The translations under genes and the position numbers were made by a program. This document shows, piece by piece, positions 41,705 to 50,930 of a stretch of 64,000 nucleotides of DNA (positions are counted from its first letter, which is position 1; the number at the start of each line of letters is the position of its first letter). The DNA is from Dehalococcoidia bacterium (lineage in GTDB: Bacteria; Chloroflexota; Dehalococcoidia; Lucifugimonadales; UBA3495), in the NCBI GenBank assembly GCA_034422655.1, contig DAOUJN010000005.1, positions 1,781 to 65,780 of the forward strand, in the 5' to 3' direction. The notes under the pieces were generated by a model that ran no database searches, was not told the DNA's origin, and saw only the letters and a list, made by a program, of their open reading frames with translations.

Positions 41705-43006
41705 TTGGCAGATCCTGAACACGTCGCCATAGCGAAGGCCGGCCCCAACGCCATATCCCGCTGGCGGGAAGCAACCTTTTGGGTTCCCAACGAACAGCCC
41801 ATCGTTTACCACCTGAACTACAGCCTTGGCGACCGCTCCACCGGCGAGACCTTTGAACGGGACTTCGTCCACGGAAGGGCCAAGCTGGACCTCTCCGGCG
41901 CCTATCTCAGCGGGGTCAGGCTGCCCCGGGCCGACCTGGCCCATGACGACCTGAGCCGCGCCGACCTGACCGGCGCCAACTTGCAGTATGCCCGCCTGCT
42001 GGGCACCAACCTGCAGTCGGCCCACATATCCCGGGCCAACCTTTCACACTCCGACCTTACCCTGGCCAACATGCCCGGCTGCACCCTTATCAGGAGCGAT
42101 CTCTCCAGCAGCCACCTTTCCCAGGCCCAGCTGACGGGCGCCAACCTCAGCTACTCCGACCTCCAGTACGTTAACCTGGAGGGGGCCAACCTTTCGGGCG
42201 CCAACCTGGCCTATACCGACCTCTCCTGGGCCAACCTCAGCGGCGCCAACCTGCGGGGCGCCAACCTGTCCGTCACCTCCCTCAAGCTGGCCGACCTTAC
42301 CGGCGCAGACCTGCGGGGCGCCAACTTCTCCAAGGCCGACCTGGAAAGCGCCGTTTTCGTCAACACCACCCTGGGGTTCACCCGCTTGGTCAACTGCGAC
42401 CTCAGCATGGCCATCGGCCTGGAGATGGCGCGGCATACCGGGCCCAGCGCCATTACCCTCGACACCGTCGCCAGTTCCGGCGGGCGAATACCGCGGGCCT
42501 TCCTGGCCAACGCCGGCGTGGCCGAACCCCTGCTGGCGGCCCAGGATGTGATGCGGGGCGTGAACCGCGCCTACGCCACGACGCTGATCATCGGGTCCAC
42601 GAATGACGGTGACCTGGCCGCTCGCCTCCGGTCCGGCCTGGCGGAGTCGCAGATTCCCGCCTGGTCCATAGCCGCTGATGACGAAGCGGCGGTGCAGTCC
42701 GGCCAGATTCTTTTTGAACACACCCCCCATTACGATTGCCTGGTCCTGCTCTGCACCGCCCAATCCCTGGAAAGCCCCCAGACCAGCACCTACCTGGCCC
42801 AGTTGGCCGGCGCCCAGCGGGCCGCCACCGGCCAGACCCTGGTAGCCATCGCAACGGACGATGTCTTCTACCAGCGGGACGACCATCTCTGCCGCCTGCT
42901 GCGGGAGGGAGAGGCGCTGGACTTCCGGGGCTGGGAAGAGGCCGGCATCTTCGAGGAGGCCCTGCCCCTGCTGGCCGGCCTCATCACCAGGAAGCCGTTC
43001 GTATGA
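41705..43006 (+). CDS. pentapeptide-repeat protein with C-terminal TIR-like (apparently degenerate) domain
   Basis: About 35 A(D/N)LxG-type pentapeptide units (ADLTGANLQYARLLGTNLQSAHISRANLSHSDL...). The tail ...IPRAFLANAGV...YATTLIIGSTNDGDLAARLRSGLAESQIPAWSIAADD...YDCLVLLCTAQSLESP...ALDFRGWEE follows the layout of pentapeptide-TIR proteins. TTG at 41705 lies 4 nt after AGGAGG; the track ORF opens at 41576. Confidence 0.7.
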   Translation: MADPEHVAIAKAGPNAISRWREATFWVPNEQPIVYHLNYSLGDRSTGETFERDFVHGRAKLDLSGAYLSGVRLPRADLAHDDLSRADLTGANLQYARLLGTNLQSAHISRANLSHSDLTLANMPGCTLIRSDLSSSHLSQAQLTGANLSYSDLQYVNLEGANLSGANLAYTDLSWANLSGANLRGANLSVTSLKLADLTGADLRGANFSKADLESAVFVNTTLGFTRLVNCDLSMAIGLEMARHTGPSAITLDTVASSGGRIPRAFLANAGVAEPLLAAQDVMRGVNRAYATTLIIGSTNDGDLAARLRSGLAESQIPAWSIAADDEAAVQSGQILFEHTPHYDCLVLLCTAQSLESPQTSTYLAQLAGAQRAATGQTLVAIATDDVFYQRDDHLCRLLREGEALDFRGWEEAGIFEEALPLLAGLITRKPFV

Positions 43007-44355
43007 ACTCGCTGCGGGAGCAGTACCACTATGCCTGGATGGTGGTGGGCATGGGCACGGTGCTGCGGGTTACCGCCAACTTCGTAAGCCAGGCCTTCGC
43101 CGTAATCCTGGTCGTCCTGCAGCAGGACTTCGCCTGGGGCGTAACCGCCATCGTGGTGGCCCAAGTGCTGCGCAGCGTGTCCAACGCCCTGCTCTCCCCG
43201 GTGGCCGGGTGGGTCGGCGACCGGTACGGCGCGCGGCGGTCGCTGTTTGTCGCCGCCGTCCTGTACGTCTGTGGAATGCTGCTGCTCAGCACCATGGACC
43301 AGCTTTGGCAGCTTTACCTTTACTACAGCGTCCTTCTGGGCCTGGCCCAGGCCCTCTTCGCCGTTAACATTCCCACCACCGTGGCCGCCTGGTTCAAGAA
43401 GAAGCTGGGCGTGGCCGTGGGAATCCAGCAGTCCATAGGAGGCATGGGAGCCTCGGTTACCGCCCCGGCCCTGGCCTTGCTGATTTCCCAGACGGGCTGG
43501 CAGGTGGCCTTCTGGATAATCCCCGCCGTGGGGGGCGTGATTCTGTTCTCGCTGCTGGCCTTCTTCCACAGCGAACCGGCCGACCGGGGTATGCGGCCCT
43601 ACGGCGCCGACGCGGACGACCCAGACCCGGCGCCCACCGACCGGGCCACCGCCAAGCTGCGGAGCAAGGTGTTCCTGCAGCACGCCCGCCGCACCAGGGC
43701 CTTCTGGAACCTGCCCTTCATACACTTACTGGGCTGCGTGGGCCACTCCATTGTCATCTGGCACGTGGTGTTCTTTGCCACCACCCAGGGGTTGTCCCTG
43801 TCCATGGCCGCCTGGATTGTCTCCATCTACACCATGACCAGCGTCAGCAGCCGCCTGTTCATCCCCATCCTGGCCGACCGGTGGGGCGCCAAGACGGCCA
43901 TGGTGGTGCCCTACTTCCTGCAGGGAGTTTCCGTGCTGCTGCTCTTCTGGGCGGAAAGCCCCTGGCAGTTCTACGTCTTTGCCGCCATATTCGGGGTCGG
44001 GTTCGGCGGTGAAATGTCCGCCTTCCTCATCGCCAACCGCCAGTACTATGGCATGGGGCCCGTGCGCTCCATATTCGGGTTCCAGCACCTGGGCGCGGGC
44101 CTGGGCATGGGCGCCGGCGGCCTCATCGGCGGGATGATTTACGACTTCCGGCTGAATGAGGGCGCGCCGGTGGAGGTGTTCGGCCTGTTCACGCTGGGAG
44201 GCGGTTCCTACGACCTGGCCTGGGTCGTGTCTATAGCCGCCAGCCTGGCCGGGGTGCTGTTCATCGCCTTCCTGGAACCCACGTCAAGGGTGCTCATTCC
44301 CGACTGGGAGGACTCCCTGCCCGGGGAAACGGAGGCGTCGCCTGCGGCCACGTAA
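43003..44355 (+). CDS. MFS transporter
   Basis: 450 aa with about 12 hydrophobic segments. ...GWVGDRYGARRSLF... is an MFS loop 2-3 motif. The ATG overlaps the upstream stop (ATGA). Confidence 0.85.
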   Translation: MNSLREQYHYAWMVVGMGTVLRVTANFVSQAFAVILVVLQQDFAWGVTAIVVAQVLRSVSNALLSPVAGWVGDRYGARRSLFVAAVLYVCGMLLLSTMDQLWQLYLYYSVLLGLAQALFAVNIPTTVAAWFKKKLGVAVGIQQSIGGMGASVTAPALALLISQTGWQVAFWIIPAVGGVILFSLLAFFHSEPADRGMRPYGADADDPDPAPTDRATAKLRSKVFLQHARRTRAFWNLPFIHLLGCVGHSIVIWHVVFFATTQGLSLSMAAWIVSIYTMTSVSSRLFIPILADRWGAKTAMVVPYFLQGVSVLLLFWAESPWQFYVFAAIFGVGFGGEMSAFLIANRQYYGMGPVRSIFGFQHLGAGLGMGAGGLIGGMIYDFRLNEGAPVEVFGLFTLGGGSYDLAWVVSIAASLAGVLFIAFLEPTSRVLIPDWEDSLPGETEASPAAT

Positions 44356-44375
44356 CCCCACGCCAACCCCGGCCC

Positions 44376-44400
44376 TTATCCGCGAATGCACACGAAAGTG
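44376..44400. repeat. family A half-element (partial)
   Basis: TTATCCGCGAATGCACACGAAAGTG. Confidence 0.5.
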
Positions 44401-44416
44401 CCGGGCGTCTGACGGC

Positions 44417-44444
44417 GTAGGGGCGCACGGCCGTGCGCCCCTAC
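44417..44444. repeat. family D hairpin GTAGGGGCGCAC-GGCC-GTGCGCCCCTAC
   Basis: The 12-bp stem is identical to 3464-3491. Again lies between convergent genes (MFS and DUF1385). Confidence 0.75.
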
Positions 44445-44473
44445 CTCTCCCCGTTACCGGTCGTCGTCGGCTC

Positions 44474-45451
44474 TCAACCCTCTCCCATCCCTGAGTCTTC
44501 TGCGTCCGCATCCTCCGGTTCTTCATCCTCCGGTTCAGGCCACGGGGCAAAGGGGGAGACGTAGCTCTGGCCGGCGTCGGCTGCCACCGCCGCGCCCATG
44601 GCGGTTATGGCTACTTCAATCTGGTCGTCCTCCGGTTGCCGCGTGGTCAACCGCTGCATCCACAGGCCGGGGAGAGACATCAGCCTGGCTATGCGCCAGG
44701 TGGGGTGCGCGCCGTAGAACCGGATGAACTCGTAGCTGATGGCCGCCACCACCGGAATGAGCAGGACGCGGGAGAGGATGCGCCATTCCATTTCCGGGCG
44801 GCCCAGGAAGGCGAACACGACCACGGAAACCAGGACGACGGTAAGGAGGAAGGCGGTGCCGCAGCGGGGGTGGGGAGTGTCGAACTTGCGGACGTTCTCC
44901 ACCGTCAGGGGAAGTCCGGCTTCGTAGGTATGGACCGCCATGTGCTCCGCCCCATGGTAGGCGAAGACCCGCCGGATATCCTTCATCAGGCCAATGCCGC
45001 TGATATAACCCAACAGGATCAAGAGGCGGATACCGCCTTCAATCAGGTTGCTGACGAGGTCCGAACCGATGAACGGGTCCACCACCCACACGACCAGCAG
45101 GGGCAGGATGAAGAAAATGCCCACACCCAGGGTGATTGATACCAACATGGTGAGGGCAAGCAGCCAGTTGGGAATTTCGTCCCGGTTGCCCTCTTCGTCC
45201 GCGGAGGCCAGCGAAGCCGAACGGTTGAGGGCCTTGATTCCCAGGATGAGGGTTTCAGCCAGGACCAGCACACCCCGCAGGAGGGGAACGCGGCGGATGG
45301 GGCCGGTGAAAGCGGTGCTCAGGGGTTCGTGGCAGTGGAAAATGTTGCCGTTGGGACAGCGCACGGCCAGACTGTAAAATTCGCGTCCGCGAATCATAAC
45401 GCCTTCAATGACTGCCTGCCCGCCGTAGGTGACTCTTGGTTGTTCCGCCAT
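44474..45451 (-). CDS. DUF1385-family membrane protein
   Basis: MAEQPRVTYGGQAVIEGVMIRG...AYHGAEHMAVH... Typical neighbour of rpmE. Confidence 0.8.
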   Translation of the reverse strand: MAEQPRVTYGGQAVIEGVMIRGREFYSLAVRCPNGNIFHCHEPLSTAFTGPIRRVPLLRGVLVLAETLILGIKALNRSASLASADEEGNRDEIPNWLLALTMLVSITLGVGIFFILPLLVVWVVDPFIGSDLVSNLIEGGIRLLILLGYISGIGLMKDIRRVFAYHGAEHMAVHTYEAGLPLTVENVRKFDTPHPRCGTAFLLTVVLVSVVVFAFLGRPEMEWRILSRVLLIPVVAAISYEFIRFYGAHPTWRIARLMSLPGLWMQRLTTRQPEDDQIEVAITAMGAAVAADAGQSYVSPFAPWPEPEDEEPEDADAEDSGMGEG

Positions 45452-45607
45452 TGCCTGTTTACCTTTTGACGCCGGTGGGAAGGTGTCGGCTCATAGAGCC
45501 GCTGCCGCCATCTCCTGACAACCCGGCGTTAGCCACAAAAAACGAATCGAGGGTTTCGCTGACATCCCTCGATTCTGGCGACTGCTTCCGTTCCGGTTTG
45601 AAACGAA

Positions 45608-45808
45608 CTACTGTAGATTGTACCGTCTCCGCAGGCGCTCAATGCGGCCCTGGGTATCGACGATACGCTGCTCCCCCGTGTAGAAGGGGTGGCACCTGCT
45701 GCAAACCTCGACCCGCAGGGCGGGCTTGGTGGCTCCGGTCTGGAAGACGTAGCCGCACGAGCAGGTAACGGTTGCATTGAAGAACTCGGGGTGAATTTCT
45801 GCCTTCAT
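45608..45808 (-). CDS. rpmE: 50S ribosomal protein L31 (Zn-ribbon type)
   Basis: MKAEIHPEFFNATVTCSCG...VEVCSRCHPFYTGEQRIVDTQGRIERLRRRY. Confidence 0.95.
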   Translation of the reverse strand: MKAEIHPEFFNATVTCSCGYVFQTGATKPALRVEVCSRCHPFYTGEQRIVDTQGRIERLRRRYNLQ

Positions 45809-45874
45809 TGTGATGCTTTCCCCCGCGCCTGCCGGTGATGAACTGTCATCCGCCGCCGGCGCAGTCAGTTTCGG

Positions 45875-46162
45875 TTAGCTGGCCAGGGCCATGGCATCGG
45901 CGGGAGCTTCCGCCGGGTAAACGCTGACCTGGCGGCGGCCCTTGGACGCCCATTCGAACGTCACCTTGCCGTCCACCTTGGCGTAGATGGTGTAGTCCCG
46001 TCCTAGCCCCACGTTGTTGCCCGGCTTGATGCGAGTCCCCCGCTGCCGGATGATGATGGAGCCGGAGGTAACCTGTTCGCCGCCGTACCGCTTCACGCCC
46101 AGCCGTTTGGCGTTGCTGTCCCTGCCGTTGTTGCTGCTTCCGCCCGCCTTCTTGTGAGCCAT
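45875..46162 (-). CDS. rpmA: 50S ribosomal protein L27
   Basis: [52 protein letters not shown]. Confidence 0.97.
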   Translation of the reverse strand: MAHKKAGGSSNNGRDSNAKRLGVKRYGGEQVTSGSIIIRQRGTRIKPGNNVGLGRDYTIYAKVDGKVTFEWASKGRRQVSVYPAEAPADAMALAS

Positions 46163-46168
46163 GAAGGG

Positions 46169-46489
46169 TCAGCCTCCTGTCTGGATGTCCTGGATGACCA
46201 GGCGCGTGTAGTTCTGCCGGTGGCCGCGCTTGCGCCGGTAGCGGGTCTTGGCCTTGTACTTGAAGACCATCAGCTTCCGGTCCTTGTAGTGGGACTGGAC
46301 CTGGGCTACCACCCTGGCCCCGGCCACGTGCGGGGACCCGAAACTTACCTCGCCGCCGTCGGATACGGCCAGCACCTCGTCGAATTCCGCTGAGTCTCCC
46401 ACCTCCAGGGGCAGGAGTTCCACGTCGAGGACATCGCCCGGCTTCACCCGGTACTGCTTGCCCCCGGTCTTGAAAATCGCATAGTCCAT
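46169..46489 (-). CDS. rplU: 50S ribosomal protein L21
   Basis: MDYAIFKTGGKQYRVKPGDVLDVE...KVVAQVQSHYKDRKLMVFKYKAKTRYRRKRGHRQ. Confidence 0.95.
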   Translation of the reverse strand: MDYAIFKTGGKQYRVKPGDVLDVELLPLEVGDSAEFDEVLAVSDGGEVSFGSPHVAGARVVAQVQSHYKDRKLMVFKYKAKTRYRRKRGHRQNYTRLVIQDIQTGG

Positions 46490-46513
46490 AGTGTCAAAAA
46501 ACCTCGGTTGTCA

Positions 46514-46542
46514 ATTCTATGGCAGTCACATTGGAGTGTCAA
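46514..46542 (-). promoter_or_regulatory. sigma70-like promoter for rplU-rpmA
   Basis: Minus strand TTGACA-17 nt-TAGAAT, with the -10 ending about 25 nt upstream of the rplU ATG. Confidence 0.6.
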
Positions 46543-46691
46543 GGGATTTGGAAATCGTCGGCAGGGCAATCGTAATTCAATATCGGGAAAAGTTCGTCGC
46601 TGCCGCTCGGGCGGGAGCCTCGAACCGGCGCAGACAACGTTCAAGGTGAAGGCTTTTGTTCGCTAATGCCGTGTAGTTATCCCTCATTGCG

Positions 46692-46720
46692 TTGACTATC
46701 CTGCCTTCCCACAACATAAT
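46692..46720 (+). promoter_or_regulatory. sigma70-like promoter for the AI-2E transporter gene
   Basis: TTGACT-17 nt-CATAAT, about 80 nt upstream of the ATG at 46801. Confidence 0.5.
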
Positions 46721-46800
46721 GTTGCCCGGTATGCCGAGGTATGCTTCCGGCGCCCCTTTCGTGCCCGCCTCCGCCAAATACGAACCACGCCGAGACTGCA

Positions 46801-47943
46801 ATGGAATCTTCCCTGAAACGAAAACGCTTTCTGCTGCTGGGCACCGCCGCCATATTGGTGGTGGCCCTGGTCATCCTGTACCTGCTGGGCAGTGTGCTGC
46901 TCACCCTGGGTATCAGCGCGGTCATCGCCTACGTGCTGCTGCCCGTCGCCAAGCTGATGGAGCGGGGCATGCCCTGGCGGCGCAGCCGTCCCGGCCTGGC
47001 CCGGGGCATTTCCGTGGGCGTCATTTTCCTGGTCGGGATTGGCGTATTTGTTGGCCTGATAATAGCCGTCGTGCCCCCCACTATCGAACAGGGACAGCGA
47101 TTCATCGACGGATTCCCCGCCTTCCTGAACAACGCCCGCGTTACCATAGAGGGGTGGGTCGCTCAATACGCAGACGTGGTACCCGCCGACATCCGGGACC
47201 AGGCCGAGGAAGCCCTGGCCGGGGCCGGCGGCATCATCGGGGCCGCCGCCTGGAACGTGGTCAAGCAGACCCTCGGCATCATCACCGGCTCTTTCGCCTT
47301 CATCCTGGGGCTGGCCACCGCGCCGGTGCTGGTCTTCTACCTGATGAAGGACTCCAGCCCCATCCGCGAGTCCCTTCACGCTCCCTTCCCCACGGCTATT
47401 CGTCCCTACCTGCGGGACATCCTCGACATTGCCGACCGAACCCTGGGGGGCTACATCCGCGGCCAGCTTACCCTGGGCGTCATCGTCGGCGTGATAGTGG
47501 CCGTTGGTCTCCTGCTGCTGGACGTTCCCTTCGCGGTCCTCCTGGGTATCGTGGCCGGCCTCACCGAGCTGGTGCCCATAATCGGTCCCTGGATCGGCGG
47601 CGCCGTGGGCGTACTGGTAACCCTGGCCACCGAGCCCGACAAGGTGCTGTGGGTAATCCTGCTCTACCTTGTCGTGCAACTGCTGGAAAACACCCTGCTG
47701 GTGCCCCGCATCCAGGCCGACACCCTGAACATGCACCCCATCGCCGTCATCCTGGTCATCACCATCGGCAGCCAGTACTTCGGCCTGTGGGGCGTAATCC
47801 TGGGCCCGCCCCTGGTGGCCCTGGCCAAGGACGTAATCATCTACCTGGTGAAGGAATGGAACGAGGCGCCGGGGGCTGAGCCGGCATTAGATGTGGGAGA
47901 GCCTATCAGGGAGGCTCAAGCTGCCGAAGAGGGGTGTGACTGA
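46801..47943 (+). CDS. AI-2E family transporter (PerM/UPF0118)
   Basis: MESSLKRKRFLLLGTAAILVV... with multiple TM segments. ...GLTELVPIIGPWIGGAVG... is the family signature. Confidence 0.85.
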   Translation: MESSLKRKRFLLLGTAAILVVALVILYLLGSVLLTLGISAVIAYVLLPVAKLMERGMPWRRSRPGLARGISVGVIFLVGIGVFVGLIIAVVPPTIEQGQRFIDGFPAFLNNARVTIEGWVAQYADVVPADIRDQAEEALAGAGGIIGAAAWNVVKQTLGIITGSFAFILGLATAPVLVFYLMKDSSPIRESLHAPFPTAIRPYLRDILDIADRTLGGYIRGQLTLGVIVGVIVAVGLLLLDVPFAVLLGIVAGLTELVPIIGPWIGGAVGVLVTLATEPDKVLWVILLYLVVQLLENTLLVPRIQADTLNMHPIAVILVITIGSQYFGLWGVILGPPLVALAKDVIIYLVKEWNEAPGAEPALDVGEPIREAQAAEEGCD

Positions 47944-47988
47944 AGTGGGTCTCCTGATTGGTGGACAGGCGGCGCCAAAATAGGAAGG

Positions 47989-48399
47989 CTACTTGTCCTC
48001 AACCCTGATCCACGCATACTCCAGCACCGCCCTGGCTACCAACCCGGAGCGCGACTCCCTGTCTTGCGCAGCGATGTCGTCGATAAGGTCCAAGATGGGG
48101 GAAGGGATGGTAAGGTTGATATCAACATCCTCCACTTTTATCTTCGAGACATCGACGTCGACCCATGCCCAAAAGCCGTCAGCCAAGAGTTCGTCCTTCT
48201 TGTGGACGCTAATGTCCTTCTTCTCGGGTATAGGCTCACCGTGCATCAGCATGCCTTGAACGTGGCAAACAATGGCTTCCTTGGAGGAAACCAAAGCCTC
48301 CTCAAGGGTGTCCCCACCTGAAAAGCAACCGGGAAGATCGGGAATAATGACCCCGAAGCTACTCTCTTCATCTTTGTGAATGACAATAGGGAATTTCAT
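47989..48399 (-). CDS. hicB: HicB-family antitoxin with C-terminal RHH-like DNA-binding region
   Basis: MKFPIVIHKDEESSFGVIIPDLPGCFSGGDTLEEALVSSKEAI... The ATG at 48399 follows GGAGGA and overlaps the hicA stop (ATGA). Confidence 0.85.
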   Translation of the reverse strand: MKFPIVIHKDEESSFGVIIPDLPGCFSGGDTLEEALVSSKEAIVCHVQGMLMHGEPIPEKKDISVHKKDELLADGFWAWVDVDVSKIKVEDVDINLTIPSPILDLIDDIAAQDRESRSGLVARAVLEYAWIRVEDK

Positions 48400-48629
48400 C
48401 TGCGCGTCCTCCAGTCCCATCCAGCTTGCCGAAAAATGCTCCTCAGATCGTGAATTGGTATATCCTTCTGAGGATGCTTCACTGTAACTTTACCTGGCTT
48501 TTCAGGATGCAGGTATTGATAGTGGCTACCTACGACACTTACTCGGTACCACCCTTCCCGCCGGAGCATTCGTATTATTTCCCTGCTTTCGATAGGGTTT
48601 ATGGTACACGCCGCCGCCGTTTCCGGCAA
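48396..48629 (-). CDS. hicA: HicA-family mRNA interferase toxin
   Basis: ...SREIIRMLRREGWYRVSVVGSHYQYLHPEKPGKVTVKHPQKDIPIHDLRSIFRQAG. Start uncertain (TTG at 48629). Confidence 0.8.
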   Translation of the reverse strand: MPETAAACTINPIESREIIRMLRREGWYRVSVVGSHYQYLHPEKPGKVTVKHPQKDIPIHDLRSIFRQAGWDWRTRR

Positions 48630-48646
48630 TCACGCATATACCCGCC

Positions 48647-48675
48647 TTTACCCAGTATGGTAAGGAAACTATAAT
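48647..48675 (+). promoter_or_regulatory. possible ilvD promoter
   Basis: TTTACC-17 nt-TATAAT, about 45 nt upstream of the GTG start. The -35 is weak. Confidence 0.4.
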
Positions 48676-48718
48676 GTTGCCACTTTCTACTCGCTGTTAA
48701 CTTGCCAGGAGGTCCCCA

Positions 48719-50440
48719 GTGACTACCGTTACCGACGCCACGCAAACAACCACCCGCGACGCCGCTACCGTCGCCCGCATGAAGCACCGCAGCAACGACG
48801 TTACCCAGGGTCCGGAACGGGCCCCCGCCCGGGCCATGCTCCTGGCCATGGGCCTGACCCAGGAAGACCTGGACAAACCCTTCGTCGCCATAGCCAACCT
48901 GGCCAGCGACGTAACCCCCTGCAACGTCCACCTGTCCCGCTTCGCCCAGGCCGCCAAGGAGGGCATCCGCCAGGCCGACGGCACCCCCTTCGAGTTCGGC
49001 ACCATCACCGTCAGCGACGGCATTTCCATGGGCACCGAGGGCATGAAGGCCTCCCTGGTCAGCCGCGAAGTCATCGCCGATTCCATCGAGGTGGTCACTT
49101 TCGGGGAGCGCATGGACGGCCTGGTTACCATCGCCGGCTGCGACAAGAACATGCCCGGCTGCATGATGGCCATCGCCCGCCTCAACGTCCCGTCCATTTT
49201 CATCTATGGCGGCACCATCATGCCCGGCCAGTACCTGGGCAACGACGTGAACATCCAGGACGTGTTCGAGGCGGTGGGCGCCTATGCCAAGGGCAGCATC
49301 ACCCGCGACGAACTGACCGCCCTGGAGTGCGTGGCCTGTCCCGGCGAGGGTTCCTGCGCCGGCCTCTTCACCGCCAACACCATGTCCACGGCCATTGAAA
49401 TCATGGGCATGTCCATGCCCGGCGACGCCTCCATTCCCGCCATCGACCCCCGCAAGGTGGACGAAGCCCGCAAGGCCGGCAGCACACTGCTCCGTCTGCT
49501 GGAAGAGGACATCCGTCCCCGGGACATAATGACCCGCCAGGCTTTCGAGAATGCCATCACCGTGGTCCTGGCCATGGGCGGCTCAACCAACGCCGTCCTG
49601 CACCTGATGGCCATCGCCAACGAGGCGGGGGTTGAACTGAGCCTGGACGACTTCGACCGCATCAGCCGCAGCACCCCCTACATTTCCGACATGCGACCCG
49701 GCGGCCGCTACGTTATGGCCGACCTGCACCGCTACGGCGGCGTTTCGCTGGTGGCCAAACGGATGCTGGAGGCCGGCCTGCTCCACGGCGATGCCATGAC
49801 CGTCACCGGCAAGACGCTGGCCCAGAACGTGGCGGATATGCCCACCATTGATGACCAGCCTGTCATCTACCGGCCCGACAACCCCCGCGGCGCCACCGGC
49901 GGCTTGGCCATCCTTCGCGGCAACCTGGCCCCCGACGGCGCCGTAATCAAGGTGGCCGGCCACCAGGAAAAGGTGTACGAGGGTCCGGCCCGGGTCTTCG
50001 AGCAGGAAGAACCCGCCTTCCAGGCTATCCAGCGCGGCGAAATTAACGAGGGCGACATCGTCATCATCCGCTACGAGGGCCCCAGGGGCGGCCCCGGCAT
50101 GCGGGAAATGCTGGCCGTAACCGGCGCCCTTATCGGCCAGGGCCTGGGCGACTCCGTGGCTCTGGTAACCGACGGTCGGTTCTCGGGCGCTTCTCACGGC
50201 CCCATGGTGGGCCACGTCGCCCCCGAGGCCGCGGTGGGTGGCCCCATCGGCCTGCTGCGTGAAGGCGACATTGTCACCCTGGACATTCCCAACCGGCAGT
50301 TGAACGCCCGCCTGACGGAAGAGGAGCTTGCCGACCGCCGGGCGCAGTGGCAGCCCATACCGCCCAAATACACCTCCGGCGTTCTCGCCAAGTACGCCAA
50401 GCTGGTCTCCTCCGCCGCCGAGGGCGCGGTAACGCGGTAG
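48719..50440 (+). CDS. ilvD: dihydroxy-acid dehydratase
   Basis: ...[24 protein letters not shown]...[10 protein letters not shown]...[16 protein letters not shown]...[14 protein letters not shown] start follows AGGAGG. Confidence 0.96.
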   Translation: MTTVTDATQTTTRDAATVARMKHRSNDVTQGPERAPARAMLLAMGLTQEDLDKPFVAIANLASDVTPCNVHLSRFAQAAKEGIRQADGTPFEFGTITVSDGISMGTEGMKASLVSREVIADSIEVVTFGERMDGLVTIAGCDKNMPGCMMAIARLNVPSIFIYGGTIMPGQYLGNDVNIQDVFEAVGAYAKGSITRDELTALECVACPGEGSCAGLFTANTMSTAIEIMGMSMPGDASIPAIDPRKVDEARKAGSTLLRLLEEDIRPRDIMTRQAFENAITVVLAMGGSTNAVLHLMAIANEAGVELSLDDFDRISRSTPYISDMRPGGRYVMADLHRYGGVSLVAKRMLEAGLLHGDAMTVTGKTLAQNVADMPTIDDQPVIYRPDNPRGATGGLAILRGNLAPDGAVIKVAGHQEKVYEGPARVFEQEEPAFQAIQRGEINEGDIVIIRYEGPRGGPGMREMLAVTGALIGQGLGDSVALVTDGRFSGASHGPMVGHVAPEAAVGGPIGLLREGDIVTLDIPNRQLNARLTEEELADRRAQWQPIPPKYTSGVLAKYAKLVSSAAEGAVTR

Positions 50441-50485
50441 GGGCGCCCCCGTCCGGCTCACCAAAAGCACTATGGAGAGTTGCTT

Positions 50486-50707
50486 ATGACCAGGCAATTG
50501 ACGGCAATAATAGAACGGGAGGGCAATGGCTACGTTGCCCTTTGTCCCGAGTTGGACATTGCCAGCCAGGGAGATTCGGTCGACGAGGCCCGCAATAACC
50601 TTAAAGAGGCCCTGGAACTGTTCTTTGAAACGGCTTCAGCTGCCGAAGTGCAGCAACGGCTTCACGATGAAGTGTACGTAACACGATTGGAAGTGGCGGT
50701 TGGCTAG
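50486..50707 (+). CDS. hicB: HicB-like (UPF0150) antitoxin
   Basis: MTRQLTAIIEREGNGYVALCPELDIASQGDSVDEARNNLKEALELF. Confidence 0.8.
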   Translation: MTRQLTAIIEREGNGYVALCPELDIASQGDSVDEARNNLKEALELFFETASAAEVQQRLHDEVYVTRLEVAVG

Positions 50708-50918
50708 ACTCACCCCATTATCCGGGCGAGAAGTGTGCCGGATAATGGCCCAACACGGATTTACCGAAGTTCGGCGCCAGGGCAGCCACATCATCATGCA
50801 AAAGGCAGAGGAAAACACCACGGTTACCGTCCCGGTTCCCGACCACCGGGAGCTTCGCATTGGAACATTATCGTCAATCATCCGCCAGTCACTGCTGCCC
50901 AGAAATCTCTTCGAATAA
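50700..50918 (+). CDS. hicA: HicA/YcfA-like toxin
   Basis: ...LSGREVCRIMAQHGFTEVRRQGSHIIMQK...TVTVPVPDHRELRIGTLSSIIRQS. The TTG start overlaps the upstream stop by 8 nt. Confidence 0.8.
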   Translation: MARLTPLSGREVCRIMAQHGFTEVRRQGSHIIMQKAEENTTVTVPVPDHRELRIGTLSSIIRQSLLPRNLFE

Positions 50919-50930
50919 AACTGGCAAGTA

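Noticed and set aside
41705-43006. Calling the pentapeptide protein an active TIR NADase defence effector
   Set aside because: The expected catalytic Glu context is not visible and no partner defence genes are adjacent. It is reported only as a TIR-like, probably degenerate, domain.
33209-44355. Complete integrated prophage
   Set aside because: No integrase, att-like direct repeats, repressor, replication genes, terminase, portal, tape measure or lysis genes are present. Only a six-gene structural block is phage-like.
1054-44400. Family A-E repeats as a CRISPR array
   Set aside because: The copies are dispersed across the window, palindromic, and variable in length. They are not separated by regular unique spacers, and no cas genes are present.
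46490-46700. Ribosomal L21 leader RNA upstream of rplU
   Set aside because: The promoter-like TTGACA-17-TAGAAT places the transcription start only about 20 nt upstream of the rplU ATG. That leaves too little room for the structured L21 leader known from Firmicutes, and I could not recognise such a structure.
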